Shown here piece by piece: positions 7,539 through 16,272 of a DNA stretch of 64,000 nt. The translations under genes and the position numbers were made by a program. The stretch is from IMG/VR virus record IMGVR_UViG_3300023371_000084; one strand, given 5' to 3'. Source of the stretch: an uncultured virus (IMG/VR IMGVR_UViG_3300023371_000084) (taxonomy: Duplodnaviria > Heunggongvirae > Uroviricota > Caudoviricetes). Every line of letters starts with the position of its first letter. The first letter of the stretch is position 1. The notes below the pieces were generated by a model. It was not told the DNA's origin. It searched no databases and saw only the letters and a program-made list of their open reading frames with translations.

Positions 7539-8419
7539 GGGCGTACCCTCCGATAACGGCGGACATGCTGACCTTCGCCGCTTTGAAGCTGATACGCCTT
7601 AACGACATTGCGCATGAGCTGCGCCGTCGTCAGCAAGCCAACTCCGCCCGGAACGGACGAAACAAGCGCCTCCGTATCCTTCAGATCGTCCGCCTTGATA
7701 TCGCCGCAAAGCTTTCCGGCTTCATCACGATTCATGCCCACGTCAAACCACATCTGCGCACAGGAAGACGCGATATCGTGATCTTCATTGCACAGGAACA
7801 TCGGCTTGCCAACGGCAGACACCACAATATCCGCATTCTTCAAATGTTCTTCAAGGCGCACCGTCCTGCTATGACACAGAGTAACAGTTGCATGCCTATC
7901 CATCATGAGCTTTGCAAGCGGCTTTCCCACAAGATCGCTGCGGCCAATGATGGTGACATTCTTTCCGGCCAGACTATCCGGCAGCATATACATGATACCC
8001 GTGGGCGTTGCAGGCGTGATGCAATCAAGACCCGCCCAAAGCCTGCCAATACTTGCAGAACATAGGCCGTCCACATCCTTCTTGTAATCGATCAGATCCA
8101 GCAGTTCGCGCTGATGAGGCTTCAAATGATCCGGCAGAGGGAGCTGCAGCATGAGGCCAGTAACGCTATCCATCCCGTTATACAAGCGGATGACGCTTGC
8201 AAGATCATCATAGGAAACAGCCTGCGGAAGACGGACAATGATGGGCTGAATGCCGACATCCTTACACGTCTTCTCCTTGTTCTTTACATACACTTCGCTC
8301 GCATCATCGCCAACCACCTGAACGATAACCAGCGACATTTTGCCAGAGGAAGAAGCAACAGCGCTCTTTACCTCTTCCAGTATTTCGGCTCTTACAGCCT
8401 TACAATCCATGATTTCCAT
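7535..8419 (-). CDS. folD: methylenetetrahydrofolate dehydrogenase/cyclohydrolase
   Basis: YVKNK, QLPLP, KDVDG, GRSDLVGKP, CHSRT, VPGGVG motifs. Confidence 0.93.
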   Translation of the reverse strand: MEIMDCKAVRAEILEEVKSAVASSSGKMSLVIVQVVGDDASEVYVKNKEKTCKDVGIQPIIVRLPQAVSYDDLASVIRLYNGMDSVTGLMLQLPLPDHLKPHQRELLDLIDYKKDVDGLCSASIGRLWAGLDCITPATPTGIMYMLPDSLAGKNVTIIGRSDLVGKPLAKLMMDRHATVTLCHSRTVRLEEHLKNADIVVSAVGKPMFLCNEDHDIASSCAQMWFDVGMNRDEAGKLCGDIKADDLKDTEALVSSVPGGVGLLTTAQLMRNVVKAYQLQSGEGQHVRRYRRVRP

Positions 8420-8423
8420 TGTT

Positions 8424-8870
8424 TCATCCTTCCCTTGGATATGTCCATTCGATGTAAATATGTGCGCAATCTTCAGAGGTGTTAATCAGATTATACGTAA
8501 AGCTATATCCCTGATCCTCAAAATGTTTTTGGCATTCCTTGACGAAAATCCTCATGGTCGTTATATCCCATACCAAATCACTGCTTTCATGCTTATGATA
8601 ATAGAATGCGTAATTTGAGGAGATACGGATATATGTTCTCTCCGCTTGTGCGGCAAGATAAATCGCCTGATACACCTGCTGATAGATATCTTCCTTTACA
8701 GCACGGAAATCTTTCAGTTCTTTTTCGTCTCGCCTTTGCTTGGCTTCGTCTACCATAGCGCGTGCGCTGGATGCATCAAAGCCTGAATATGGCTTCACAT
8801 CTGGAAGAGACAGGATTTTTGCAGCAAGCTTTCCAAAGCTAAAAGCAGAACTCATTTCTTGCCTCCCCAA
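8424..8870 (-). CDS. hypothetical protein
   Basis: ORF in operon. Confidence 0.6.
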   Translation of the reverse strand: MGRQEMSSAFSFGKLAAKILSLPDVKPYSGFDASSARAMVDEAKQRRDEKELKDFRAVKEDIYQQVYQAIYLAAQAERTYIRISSNYAFYYHKHESSDLVWDITTMRIFVKECQKHFEDQGYSFTYNLINTSEDCAHIYIEWTYPREG

Positions 8871-9166
8871 TACCTGTCAATCATCCGCTGCATACTCTCC
8901 CGGCCAACAGGGTTCATCGTATGAAGCTTGACCGGATAGAAGCGCTCGGTTTCTACCATCCAATCCAAGAGTTTGATGTAATCGCCGCCGCGATCTGCGT
9001 AATCGCCTGCGTCGTGGTCAAGATCGATGAGATCGATTTCCTTTCCATTCTTTTCTGCTGCCTCGATAGCGCATTTAGCGGTATCTACGCTTCTGCACCA
9101 GAGCCATTCATGAAAGCAATCGCCGGGAGCCGGACGAACATCATCTATCCAAATCTTCATGCCCAT
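8852..9166 (-). CDS. cyclic-phosphate-processing receiver-like domain protein
   Basis: KIWIDDVR, IDLDHD, GGDY, HTMNPVG motifs. Confidence 0.75.
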   Translation of the reverse strand: MGMKIWIDDVRPAPGDCFHEWLWCRSVDTAKCAIEAAEKNGKEIDLIDLDHDAGDYADRGGDYIKLLDWMVETERFYPVKLHTMNPVGRESMQRMIDRYWGGKK

Positions 9167-9170
9167 ACGC

Positions 9171-9536
9171 TTACTTCCTTTCGACAAGATGGTAGTATTC
9201 GCCATCGTAAGTGACCACATCATACTTTGCACTAAACTCACTGCACGTCATGGAACCGATATGCTCAACAAGCTCTCTTCTTGTCATATCAGCGCTCACA
9301 GGAGACGGCTTGAAGCACGACCAAAGCATGCCATTGAGGAGAACGACGACGGCAGAACACGCGACGAGCGCAGCACGAACGGACTTATATGCACAGCGTT
9401 TCCACATGAAAGCATACAGCAAAAGCACAGTCAACGAGATTGCGCCGATTGCAATGAGCGCATAGAAGTACGGCCTTTCCGTTCCAAATACGTGGTCTAC
9501 GATCATCATCATGTTCATACTGTTTCTCCTTACCAT
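9171..9536 (-). CDS. membrane protein
   Basis: Two hydrophobic segments. Confidence 0.55.
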   Translation of the reverse strand: MVRRNSMNMMMIVDHVFGTERPYFYALIAIGAISLTVLLLYAFMWKRCAYKSVRAALVACSAVVVLLNGMLWSCFKPSPVSADMTRRELVEHIGSMTCSEFSAKYDVVTYDGEYYHLVERK

Positions 9537-9744
9537 TTGTACTTATCAGGATCTAGCTGCTTGCACGTCTTTGAGCACCAGCATCTAAACGTAAACAAGT
9601 CCATGACGGCGCTGTTTTTCGCCGTTCTGCACAGCCAATTGGGAGGACGCTCTTCCATCTCCATGCCGCATCGATGACAGACAAACCTGACTTCAAGCTC
9701 CCCAGTCTCCTGATTTTTCAGATACAGCTTGATTGATCGCCTGC

Positions 9745-9999
9745 TCATTGATCGTCTTCCTCTTCTTCTCCGTCTTCCTCATCATCCATAAAGCCAAAGC
9801 CCTGTGTCTTATTGGCATAGAGCATATAGGCCATCATGATCGCAATCAGGATGCAAAATGCAGCAGCCATCCACCATTCCACTTCCTGCCACATAAAGTT
9901 AGCTGCAAAGGCGGTCAGAAGCGCAACAGTCATATACGTAAGACTTTCCAATACAGAGAATACTGCAAGCTTCAACTTCTCCATGTATTTCCTCTCCAC
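9745..9999 (-). CDS. membrane protein with acidic tail
   Basis: Two hydrophobic segments then DDEEDGEEEEDD. Confidence 0.55.
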   Translation of the reverse strand: MERKYMEKLKLAVFSVLESLTYMTVALLTAFAANFMWQEVEWWMAAAFCILIAIMMAYMLYANKTQGFGFMDDEEDGEEEEDDQ

Positions 10000-10102
10000 T
10001 TCTCAATATAGAATTCCTGACCCAGCCACATGATCATGTAGATATCGCGCAGATTATACACGCGCGGAACCACATAGCTGGTAAAGATGCGAATCTTCTT
10101 CT

Positions 10103-10582
10103 TTAGCTGATCAAACATCTGAGCACCTTCTTTACGACACCGGGAACAGGGGGATGATCCTGCGTGAGTACGTTGACGACTGTGACAACCTTATTGCCGT
10201 TCCTTGTCTGGACAAGCACGTGCGAACCGGGGATAATGGATTCCTTTTGCTTCGTATGATTTGTAATCCGCCATACGTATTCGTTTGGATTGTTGCCGTG
10301 GCAACCTACGATATAGGTTGTCGGCCTGTTTTTATACGGTTCAAATCGTCGTTTGGGCTTTGTGTAATGGTTGACAATGCGGACATCATACTCGGCGATG
10401 CCGTTTTCCATCAGGACGATATAGCCCACGTATCCATCCTGCAATACGCCGGAATGATCAATCACAAGCTCTCTATCAAGCTTTTTATGCTTGTCGTAAT
10501 AGGCAAGACACTTTTCCTTCTTCCACTGCGCAGGCGGATGCGCAATAAAGTGCTGTGGAATCATAATGCTGCTCAGTTTCAC
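10103..10582 (-). CDS. hypothetical protein
   Basis: ORF coupled to the upstream gene. Confidence 0.6.
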   Translation of the reverse strand: MKLSSIMIPQHFIAHPPAQWKKEKCLAYYDKHKKLDRELVIDHSGVLQDGYVGYIVLMENGIAEYDVRIVNHYTKPKRRFEPYKNRPTTYIVGCHGNNPNEYVWRITNHTKQKESIIPGSHVLVQTRNGNKVVTVVNVLTQDHPPVPGVVKKVLRCLIS

Positions 10583-11211
10583 GAGATGCCCTCCTCAAAT
10601 AGTGATTTCAAAACCCTCGGCTTATAGCTGCGGGCATCCATGCCGTCAATGGTCTTGAGCGCCTGATCAAGCCCTTCTCCCGTGGGCAGGCACCCTCTTA
10701 CATCCTTGATGACGCTCATCTCATCCTTGATTTTACGTCGCTTTTCCAGAACGTTATAACGCATCTTCGTCATCATGAATCCCTGATAAGCATTGAGGTG
10801 CTTAAAGTTGAATTCCAGATAATGATCCAGATCGGTCAGCTCGCTATCCAAAGCGGAGAGCAAATTGTTCAGCTCTTCACTTCGCCTCACGATATCTTCC
10901 GCAAAATGGATTGCTGCGTTGATTCGGCTTTGCCACACCTTGAGCACATCGTCCTGCTCCAATACGGGATCGGTATGCACAACGGACGGCGCTTCGGTTT
11001 TTACGCTTTCAGCAGCCGCTTCACGCTCAACCTGCATGACAAAATAGAATTGCCTGAGTCTTCTTGGAAGAGAGCCGCAAATGTTGCTTGCCTTTTCTCT
11101 CTTCTCCCACACATCGCCGTACTTTTCGCCTCTGACGGGAACATAGCGCTTGGAGTGTGCATCATGACGGATATAGCATCCGTTTCCGTCCGTGATCATA
11201 TATCCGCTCAT
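10579..11211 (-). CDS. hypothetical phage coiled-coil protein
   Basis: ORF with ELTDLDHYLE...RRKIKDE segment. Confidence 0.6.
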   Translation of the reverse strand: MSGYMITDGNGCYIRHDAHSKRYVPVRGEKYGDVWEKREKASNICGSLPRRLRQFYFVMQVEREAAAESVKTEAPSVVHTDPVLEQDDVLKVWQSRINAAIHFAEDIVRRSEELNNLLSALDSELTDLDHYLEFNFKHLNAYQGFMMTKMRYNVLEKRRKIKDEMSVIKDVRGCLPTGEGLDQALKTIDGMDARSYKPRVLKSLFEEGIS

Positions 11212-11305
11212 TGTACACCATTACTCACTTTCTATACTTTTTCTGCTTTGGTTTTACAACTTTTGAAAATGCGCCGTCGGCGCAAATCCTTTATCGTTCG
11301 TAAGA

Positions 11306-11536
11306 TCAAGCGATTGCCTCGCCCGGCATCATAGCGAGAAAATAATCCGTGGCGTATTTTTCGACTGCATCACACTCGTCGCTTGTAAGCTTATACCACT
11401 TATGAATCATCAGCTTCCTTGTGATACAGTTAAAAACGACGTGTACAGACTTTTCGCCACAGGTAGCCGTTGCGGTGTAGCATTCCTGCGTGTGACCCTT
11501 TAAGTGCCTAACCTTGCTCATCATCATGTTAAACAT
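11306..11536 (-). CDS. small protein under a LexA-boxed promoter (candidate antirepressor)
   Basis: GAGGGG RBS; promoter and SOS box upstream. Confidence 0.55.
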   Translation of the reverse strand: MFNMMMSKVRHLKGHTQECYTATATCGEKSVHVVFNCITRKLMIHKWYKLTSDECDAVEKYATDYFLAMMPGEAIA

Positions 11537-11571
11537 ATGTATCCCCTCTTTCACTATCTTACGAACAAATG

Positions 11572-11625
11572 CGAACGCTCGTTCCTATCTGTAATCATTA
11601 TACCCTTAAATATCCAAATCGTCAA
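11572..11625 (-). promoter_or_regulatory. sigma-A promoter with Firmicutes LexA box
   Basis: TTGACG-17-TATAAT (11625-11597); CGAACGCTCGTTCC at 11572-11585. Confidence 0.7.
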
Positions 11626-11723
11626 GCAATTAACCAACATTGCCATAGATTACCAAGTATTACTTTTTCTGCATTGGTTTTAAGTCAATCCGAAATTCCC
11701 TTTTCAGGGAATTCGGTATGCAA

Positions 11724-12722
11724 TTACTCATGTTTGATATTGATCAGCGGCCTTAAAGAGCGCTTAAATTGCGAAACATTGCTGACTTCAATACCGTAAT
11801 ACTCCGCATGGATCATCAGGTCTTCCGTATCTACAGGATTCCTGACAGAGAGAATCAATTCCTGCGCACGTTCTTCGCCATACTCTCTGACAAGAGAATC
11901 ATAGAAGCCGCACAGATACAGCAGGCGATAATTGATTTCCATGCCAAACTCATTTTTGACGCAGACGATGATTGTGCGATTGATCAGCGCAGCAACCTCA
12001 GTTTCCGTCCGATCATCAAACGTATCTACCTGCTTTGGCCGGATATTGTATTTGAAATACTTCCCGCGCCAAGAGGCCATGGTGTAATCGCCTCTCCATC
12101 CCGGCAGAGAATCCATGTTATGCACATACTGCAAGAGTTCAAAGCAGCGATCTGTTAAGCGAATCGTCCTTCCGCGAAGATTGATGGTCTTGGTCTCCGC
12201 ATCGATCATCGACCCTTCAAGGTTTACAATTTCCTCAGACTTGGCAAAACCGCAATAGAACAGGAGAAGGATGCACTCGATATACTTTGCACGCTCAGGC
12301 TCATAATGACCCTGTACCCGCTGAATGGCTTCTTCTACGTTCTTATAGGTAAAGGCTGGCTTATCCTGTGCAAGACGCTGCGTGGCCTGCGCACCGCGCA
12401 TACGCTTATCGTACCAAGGATTGACGATAACTTCGTAATGAGAAATATAGAAGTTAAACAGGTCACGATAACCGCTGGCGATCTGGTTGAAAGAATTGTA
12501 GTTGATTACGTAGTTCGGATCTTCTGGGTGGTTGTTGTTATTGAACGACAACACCATCTCAAACAGCTCATCCACGTTCATTTCGACAAGCTGCTTGCCG
12601 ATCTTCTGCTCAAAAGCATACACTTCCGGTCTATCGATCTGCGGCCTGACCTTTTTCGCCTTAACAGGCTCCCAGTCCTTATAATACTGGTCGAACAGCT
12701 CCTTCGTACTGATTTTTGCCAC
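11724..12722 (-). CDS. MrpR/YopR-like repressor (tyrosine-recombinase fold, catalytic residues absent)
   Basis: ILLLFYCGF..EEIVNL box-I-like segment lacking the Arg, no HxxR; size and context match SPbeta YopR/MrpR. Confidence 0.6.
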   Translation of the reverse strand: MAKISTKELFDQYYKDWEPVKAKKVRPQIDRPEVYAFEQKIGKQLVEMNVDELFEMVLSFNNNNHPEDPNYVINYNSFNQIASGYRDLFNFYISHYEVIVNPWYDKRMRGAQATQRLAQDKPAFTYKNVEEAIQRVQGHYEPERAKYIECILLLFYCGFAKSEEIVNLEGSMIDAETKTINLRGRTIRLTDRCFELLQYVHNMDSLPGWRGDYTMASWRGKYFKYNIRPKQVDTFDDRTETEVAALINRTIIVCVKNEFGMEINYRLLYLCGFYDSLVREYGEERAQELILSVRNPVDTEDLMIHAEYYGIEVSNVSQFKRSLRPLINIKHE

Positions 12723-12749
12723 AGTGTTTCACCCTCCATTTCTTTACAC

Positions 12750-12825
12750 ATTATAACACCCGATAAAACCCTAGTCAAGTATTTTACTGTATTATTTTTA
12801 AAAACCAGCATCTTATCGGGGTTAT
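12750..12825 (-). promoter_or_regulatory. repressor promoter with operator copy and inverted repeat
   Basis: TTGACT-17-TATAAT; AACCCTAGTCAA at 12767-12778 over the -35; IR 12753-12766/12813-12825. Confidence 0.65.
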
Positions 12826-12839
12826 CAAGACGGGTTACT

Positions 12840-13145
12840 CTACTGCGCTTTCTTTCTTGGAGATGGCTTCACGCTGAAATCGAACCCCTCTCTGATAAAG
12901 ACGAGTTTTCCGATGCCGGGGATGTAGCGGCCAACATACGGCTTGTTCGGATCGTTTTTCTTCTTGAGATCCCGGCTGAACTTGTCGATCACAGCGCCGA
13001 TGATCTCATCCGTCCGATTGCCTGACATGCTGCTCCACTCTTCTTTTCCGGTCTTAGGGTCAATCCTTTTCTTCCCGATAAAGAGCGTTGAATGCTGATG
13101 TCTGATTCCAATATGGTAATCCTTCCACGATATCATTGGTATCAC
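12840..13145 (-). CDS. hypothetical protein
   Basis: ORF with RBS. Confidence 0.55.
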   Translation of the reverse strand: MIPMISWKDYHIGIRHQHSTLFIGKKRIDPKTGKEEWSSMSGNRTDEIIGAVIDKFSRDLKKKNDPNKPYVGRYIPGIGKLVFIREGFDFSVKPSPRKKAQ

Positions 13146-13369
13146 CCCTTAATCCTGCTGGGAATCGATATCGCGGTCAAGTTTATCCATCTTCTCGCGC
13201 TTTCGATTTGGCCGCTTCACCACAGCTCGTGGCTGATACAGGCTGCACTTCTGGCAAAGACCACCAAACACGGCCTTTTTACCCTGCTTGCACTCGCCCT
13301 CGCACACATAGTTTACACATGGTTCCGTTCTGAATTTTGCCATTGTACACACTCCATTCTTTTGCTTGA

Positions 13370-14344
13370 TCACTTTGATAACTGCTCCACCATATCAAGG
13401 AGCGTATTGATTGCATCCACATGCACCATCGCATCCGCTTCACCTGCGTTCTGTCTTCCCGCCTCATAAGCGGCTTTGAGGATATCCCTCAAATCGCAGG
13501 AATTGAGGCTGACAATGGGCGACTGCGTGCCAATCTGGTACTGCCCATCTCCGACGATATACTCATCAAAGAAACTGCCCATATCATCATAGTATGCGTT
13601 CACCTTCTGCTTGGTGAGGCCGATGTAATGCTTAGTCGTTTTGGTATCTGAGTGATTATAGATCGTTTGCAGAAGCTCCATGGAATCATAATCGCCGGGA
13701 TGGAGCATTCTGGATGTCATGCCGAATGTTTTGCGTGCGCTGTGCGTGCCTACGTTATAGGTGATGCCAAGCGCCTGCGCAGCCTTTTTAATCGCCTTGC
13801 GGTGGCCGTCGTCGGTCAGGATGGTTCCCTTATGCGTGCCGGAGAGCTGCAGGAAGACGGGCTTTTTATACCCATCCTCAGAGGGATCACAGCCTGTTTT
13901 TTCAAGATACAATTCAATCGCTGCACGGCAGGCAGAATTGATTCTTGGATTGGCAAGCTTATCCGTCTTATCCTCTTCGATTTCCAGAAGGTCGCTTCTC
14001 AACTCGCCCGTTTTCGGATTGAAGAAGTGAAGCCAAGACAGGGAGAGCGTATCGCCAACGCGACGCGCCATATTGCAGCCCAGCACCATGAGTAAGTAAT
14101 GAATCCATTGCTCTTTCTCTGCGAAGAAACGAAGCATGTGCCTCATATCCTCCGCTTCAAAGGCGTAAACCTCGGACTTCCTGCCCTTCTGCTTATTCTG
14201 GCAGATCTTTTTGGGCATTCCATCCTTGCGGAGCTTGTCAGGCTTTTCTTCCTGCTTGGGCAGGAGATACAGCACGTTATCCCTGACCGGAACATCCTGA
14301 GACGGATGAAGCTTCATCGGTTCTGCCATCTGTTTCCCCTCCAA
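13370..14344 (-). CDS. tyrosine recombinase/integrase
   Basis: RVGD (Arg), EDKT (Lys), HSARK, NHS, HYIG (Tyr): full catalytic set. Confidence 0.9.
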   Translation of the reverse strand: MEGKQMAEPMKLHPSQDVPVRDNVLYLLPKQEEKPDKLRKDGMPKKICQNKQKGRKSEVYAFEAEDMRHMLRFFAEKEQWIHYLLMVLGCNMARRVGDTLSLSWLHFFNPKTGELRSDLLEIEEDKTDKLANPRINSACRAAIELYLEKTGCDPSEDGYKKPVFLQLSGTHKGTILTDDGHRKAIKKAAQALGITYNVGTHSARKTFGMTSRMLHPGDYDSMELLQTIYNHSDTKTTKHYIGLTKQKVNAYYDDMGSFFDEYIVGDGQYQIGTQSPIVSLNSCDLRDILKAAYEAGRQNAGEADAMVHVDAINTLLDMVEQLSK

Positions 14345-14419
14345 AGTTATTGTTTCTCTTGACTAAGGTTAGTATAACTCCAGCAAAATCATTTGTCAAT
14401 ACTTTTTCGGGATTATTTT

Positions 14420-14806
14420 TTAAATTCTGAATGGGTTTTTCCTTTCATTCGGCTTCATGCGCTGGTCAATACGCTTAAACGCGATATCATGATGCCCAAG
14501 CTCCGCATTCAATTCTTTATAGCATGCGGCACACAAGCCAATACTCCGGTTCCAAGGAATTCGTTTCAGATATGCGCCGCATCGATCACAGTAAAAGCGG
14601 GACAATTCATCATTGGTGAGCCGCTTCATACTCCGTTCCTTCTTGTCTCCTGTTAAAACAAGATGTTGCTCCCTACTAAGTTCCTCATCCGACGACACAA
14701 AAATCCTCGTATGCATATGTGTGCGAACATGCGAAAGCACGCTCCACGGACGAACGCGCATGGATGAAAACGTCCGGTTAGCCGTCAGATCGACATTGGG
14801 CTTCAC
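14420..14806 (-). CDS. zinc-ribbon protein
   Basis: CDRC...CAAC. Confidence 0.6.
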   Translation of the reverse strand: MKPNVDLTANRTFSSMRVRPWSVLSHVRTHMHTRIFVSSDEELSREQHLVLTGDKKERSMKRLTNDELSRFYCDRCGAYLKRIPWNRSIGLCAACYKELNAELGHHDIAFKRIDQRMKPNERKNPFRI

Positions 14807-15558
14807 GACTTAGACCCCATGAGGAAGGTTTTCACTTTGGCAAAGAAGCCCTTCTTCTCCGGCTGGGCATTCGTCGTAATCATGAATCTGCTTGAATTTT
14901 CCAATGCGGACAGACTGCCAAGCTGCTCCTTCAGCTCTTCGATATCCTTGGGCGTAGAAATGCGATGAGCAATATTGCGATTGCCAACATTCTTGGTTTC
15001 ATTGACCATCTTATCCAGCGTGAGATCGCAATACTCGTCTTCCCAATCGCCAAGGTAATAGAACCTGTCATCGACAACACCCTCGCGCTCAGAGAGGAAT
15101 GCGCCAAAGAGAATCGGATCTTTCTTCTGGCGTTCCTTTTCGACCTGACGCTCAACCTTACCTGTATAATCAGTGAAGACGATATAGAGCTGATCAAACT
15201 TATCCTTCACACGGGCGATGATATCCACGATTTCATCCGGGATCTCACGCTCATAGCTTTCGATGTCGATGATCTTGACGACATCTTGCGCCACCTTGTC
15301 AATATAGAACTCAATATCGTCACGATAAACAAAGGTATCAATGCCCATGGCGACGATCTCGCGCTCCTTCTCGATACACTTGAGATGGAACATCAGCTTG
15401 CGCATGCCGGACTTCTGACCTGTAACCTTATACTTTGCCAAAAGCTCCAAGCAATTGTCATAAACGGCCTTGAGCTGCGCGTCATCCACCTTATGACGAC
15501 GCTCCTTGACCTCATCGAAATATTCCTGCGGATTAAGATTCATTTCCTGAGAATCCAT
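14803..15558 (-). CDS. hypothetical phage protein
   Basis: 251 aa ORF, KDPILFG..YYLGDWEDEYCDLT. Confidence 0.7.
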   Translation of the reverse strand: MDSQEMNLNPQEYFDEVKERRHKVDDAQLKAVYDNCLELLAKYKVTGQKSGMRKLMFHLKCIEKEREIVAMGIDTFVYRDDIEFYIDKVAQDVVKIIDIESYEREIPDEIVDIIARVKDKFDQLYIVFTDYTGKVERQVEKERQKKDPILFGAFLSEREGVVDDRFYYLGDWEDEYCDLTLDKMVNETKNVGNRNIAHRISTPKDIEELKEQLGSLSALENSSRFMITTNAQPEKKGFFAKVKTFLMGSKS

Positions 15559-15904
15559 TTTTGCCTCTCCTTTCCTCCATTAGATCCATCCTGAGCACAT
15601 AGCCATGCTGGATAAACCGTTTTAAAAATTCGGCCATCATCGGAGATGCGCCCTCAATCACCATGCGCTGTGTTCCATCCGGCGCTTTGTCGCATTCGTA
15701 CTCAATCTCCATGAGATCAAACAGGGACGCAAAACGACGCTGAACGGGAATCCGGTTGACCTTGGGCAGAACGACCTGAACATTCTTTGGACTTACAACG
15801 ATATGGGCAACGCAGGACTTGGCGTATTCGCCCAAGATGGCCTCCACCTGTTCCTGCGTATAATACGGGGACTTTAGTGCATAGGACATAGCTTCATTCC
15901 TCAC
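15533..15904 (-). CDS. hypothetical protein
   Basis: ORF in operon. Confidence 0.55.
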   Translation of the reverse strand: MRNEAMSYALKSPYYTQEQVEAILGEYAKSCVAHIVVSPKNVQVVLPKVNRIPVQRRFASLFDLMEIEYECDKAPDGTQRMVIEGASPMMAEFLKRFIQHGYVLRMDLMEERRGKNGFSGNES

Positions 15905-16272
15905 TTTTGTGCTCGTTTTCCTTTTTTCGGCTTCAGCTTCATGACAAGCCGCACGTCGTTTGTATCATAATTCCCGCCCCACGAAAAGCGCGGTTCCTGC
16001 AAGACATAAAGCCGTGCCGCCGCAAGCGCTTCCGGCTTATTACGCGCCTTGACGGTAAAGCGCTCATAGCCAAGAAAGAAGTGCCTGACTTCCATCAGAT
16101 ATTCATGCATCATCGCTATCACCTATCATCATGGCCGCGCACCGATTGCATACGGTCATGACCTTTTCGGTCTTCGGGCATCGAACCTTATATTTGACGC
16201 TCTTTGTCATATGACAAGTAGCGCACGTCAAATTCAGATCAAACCAATTCGGAATCAGCTTCAGCATCGTGC

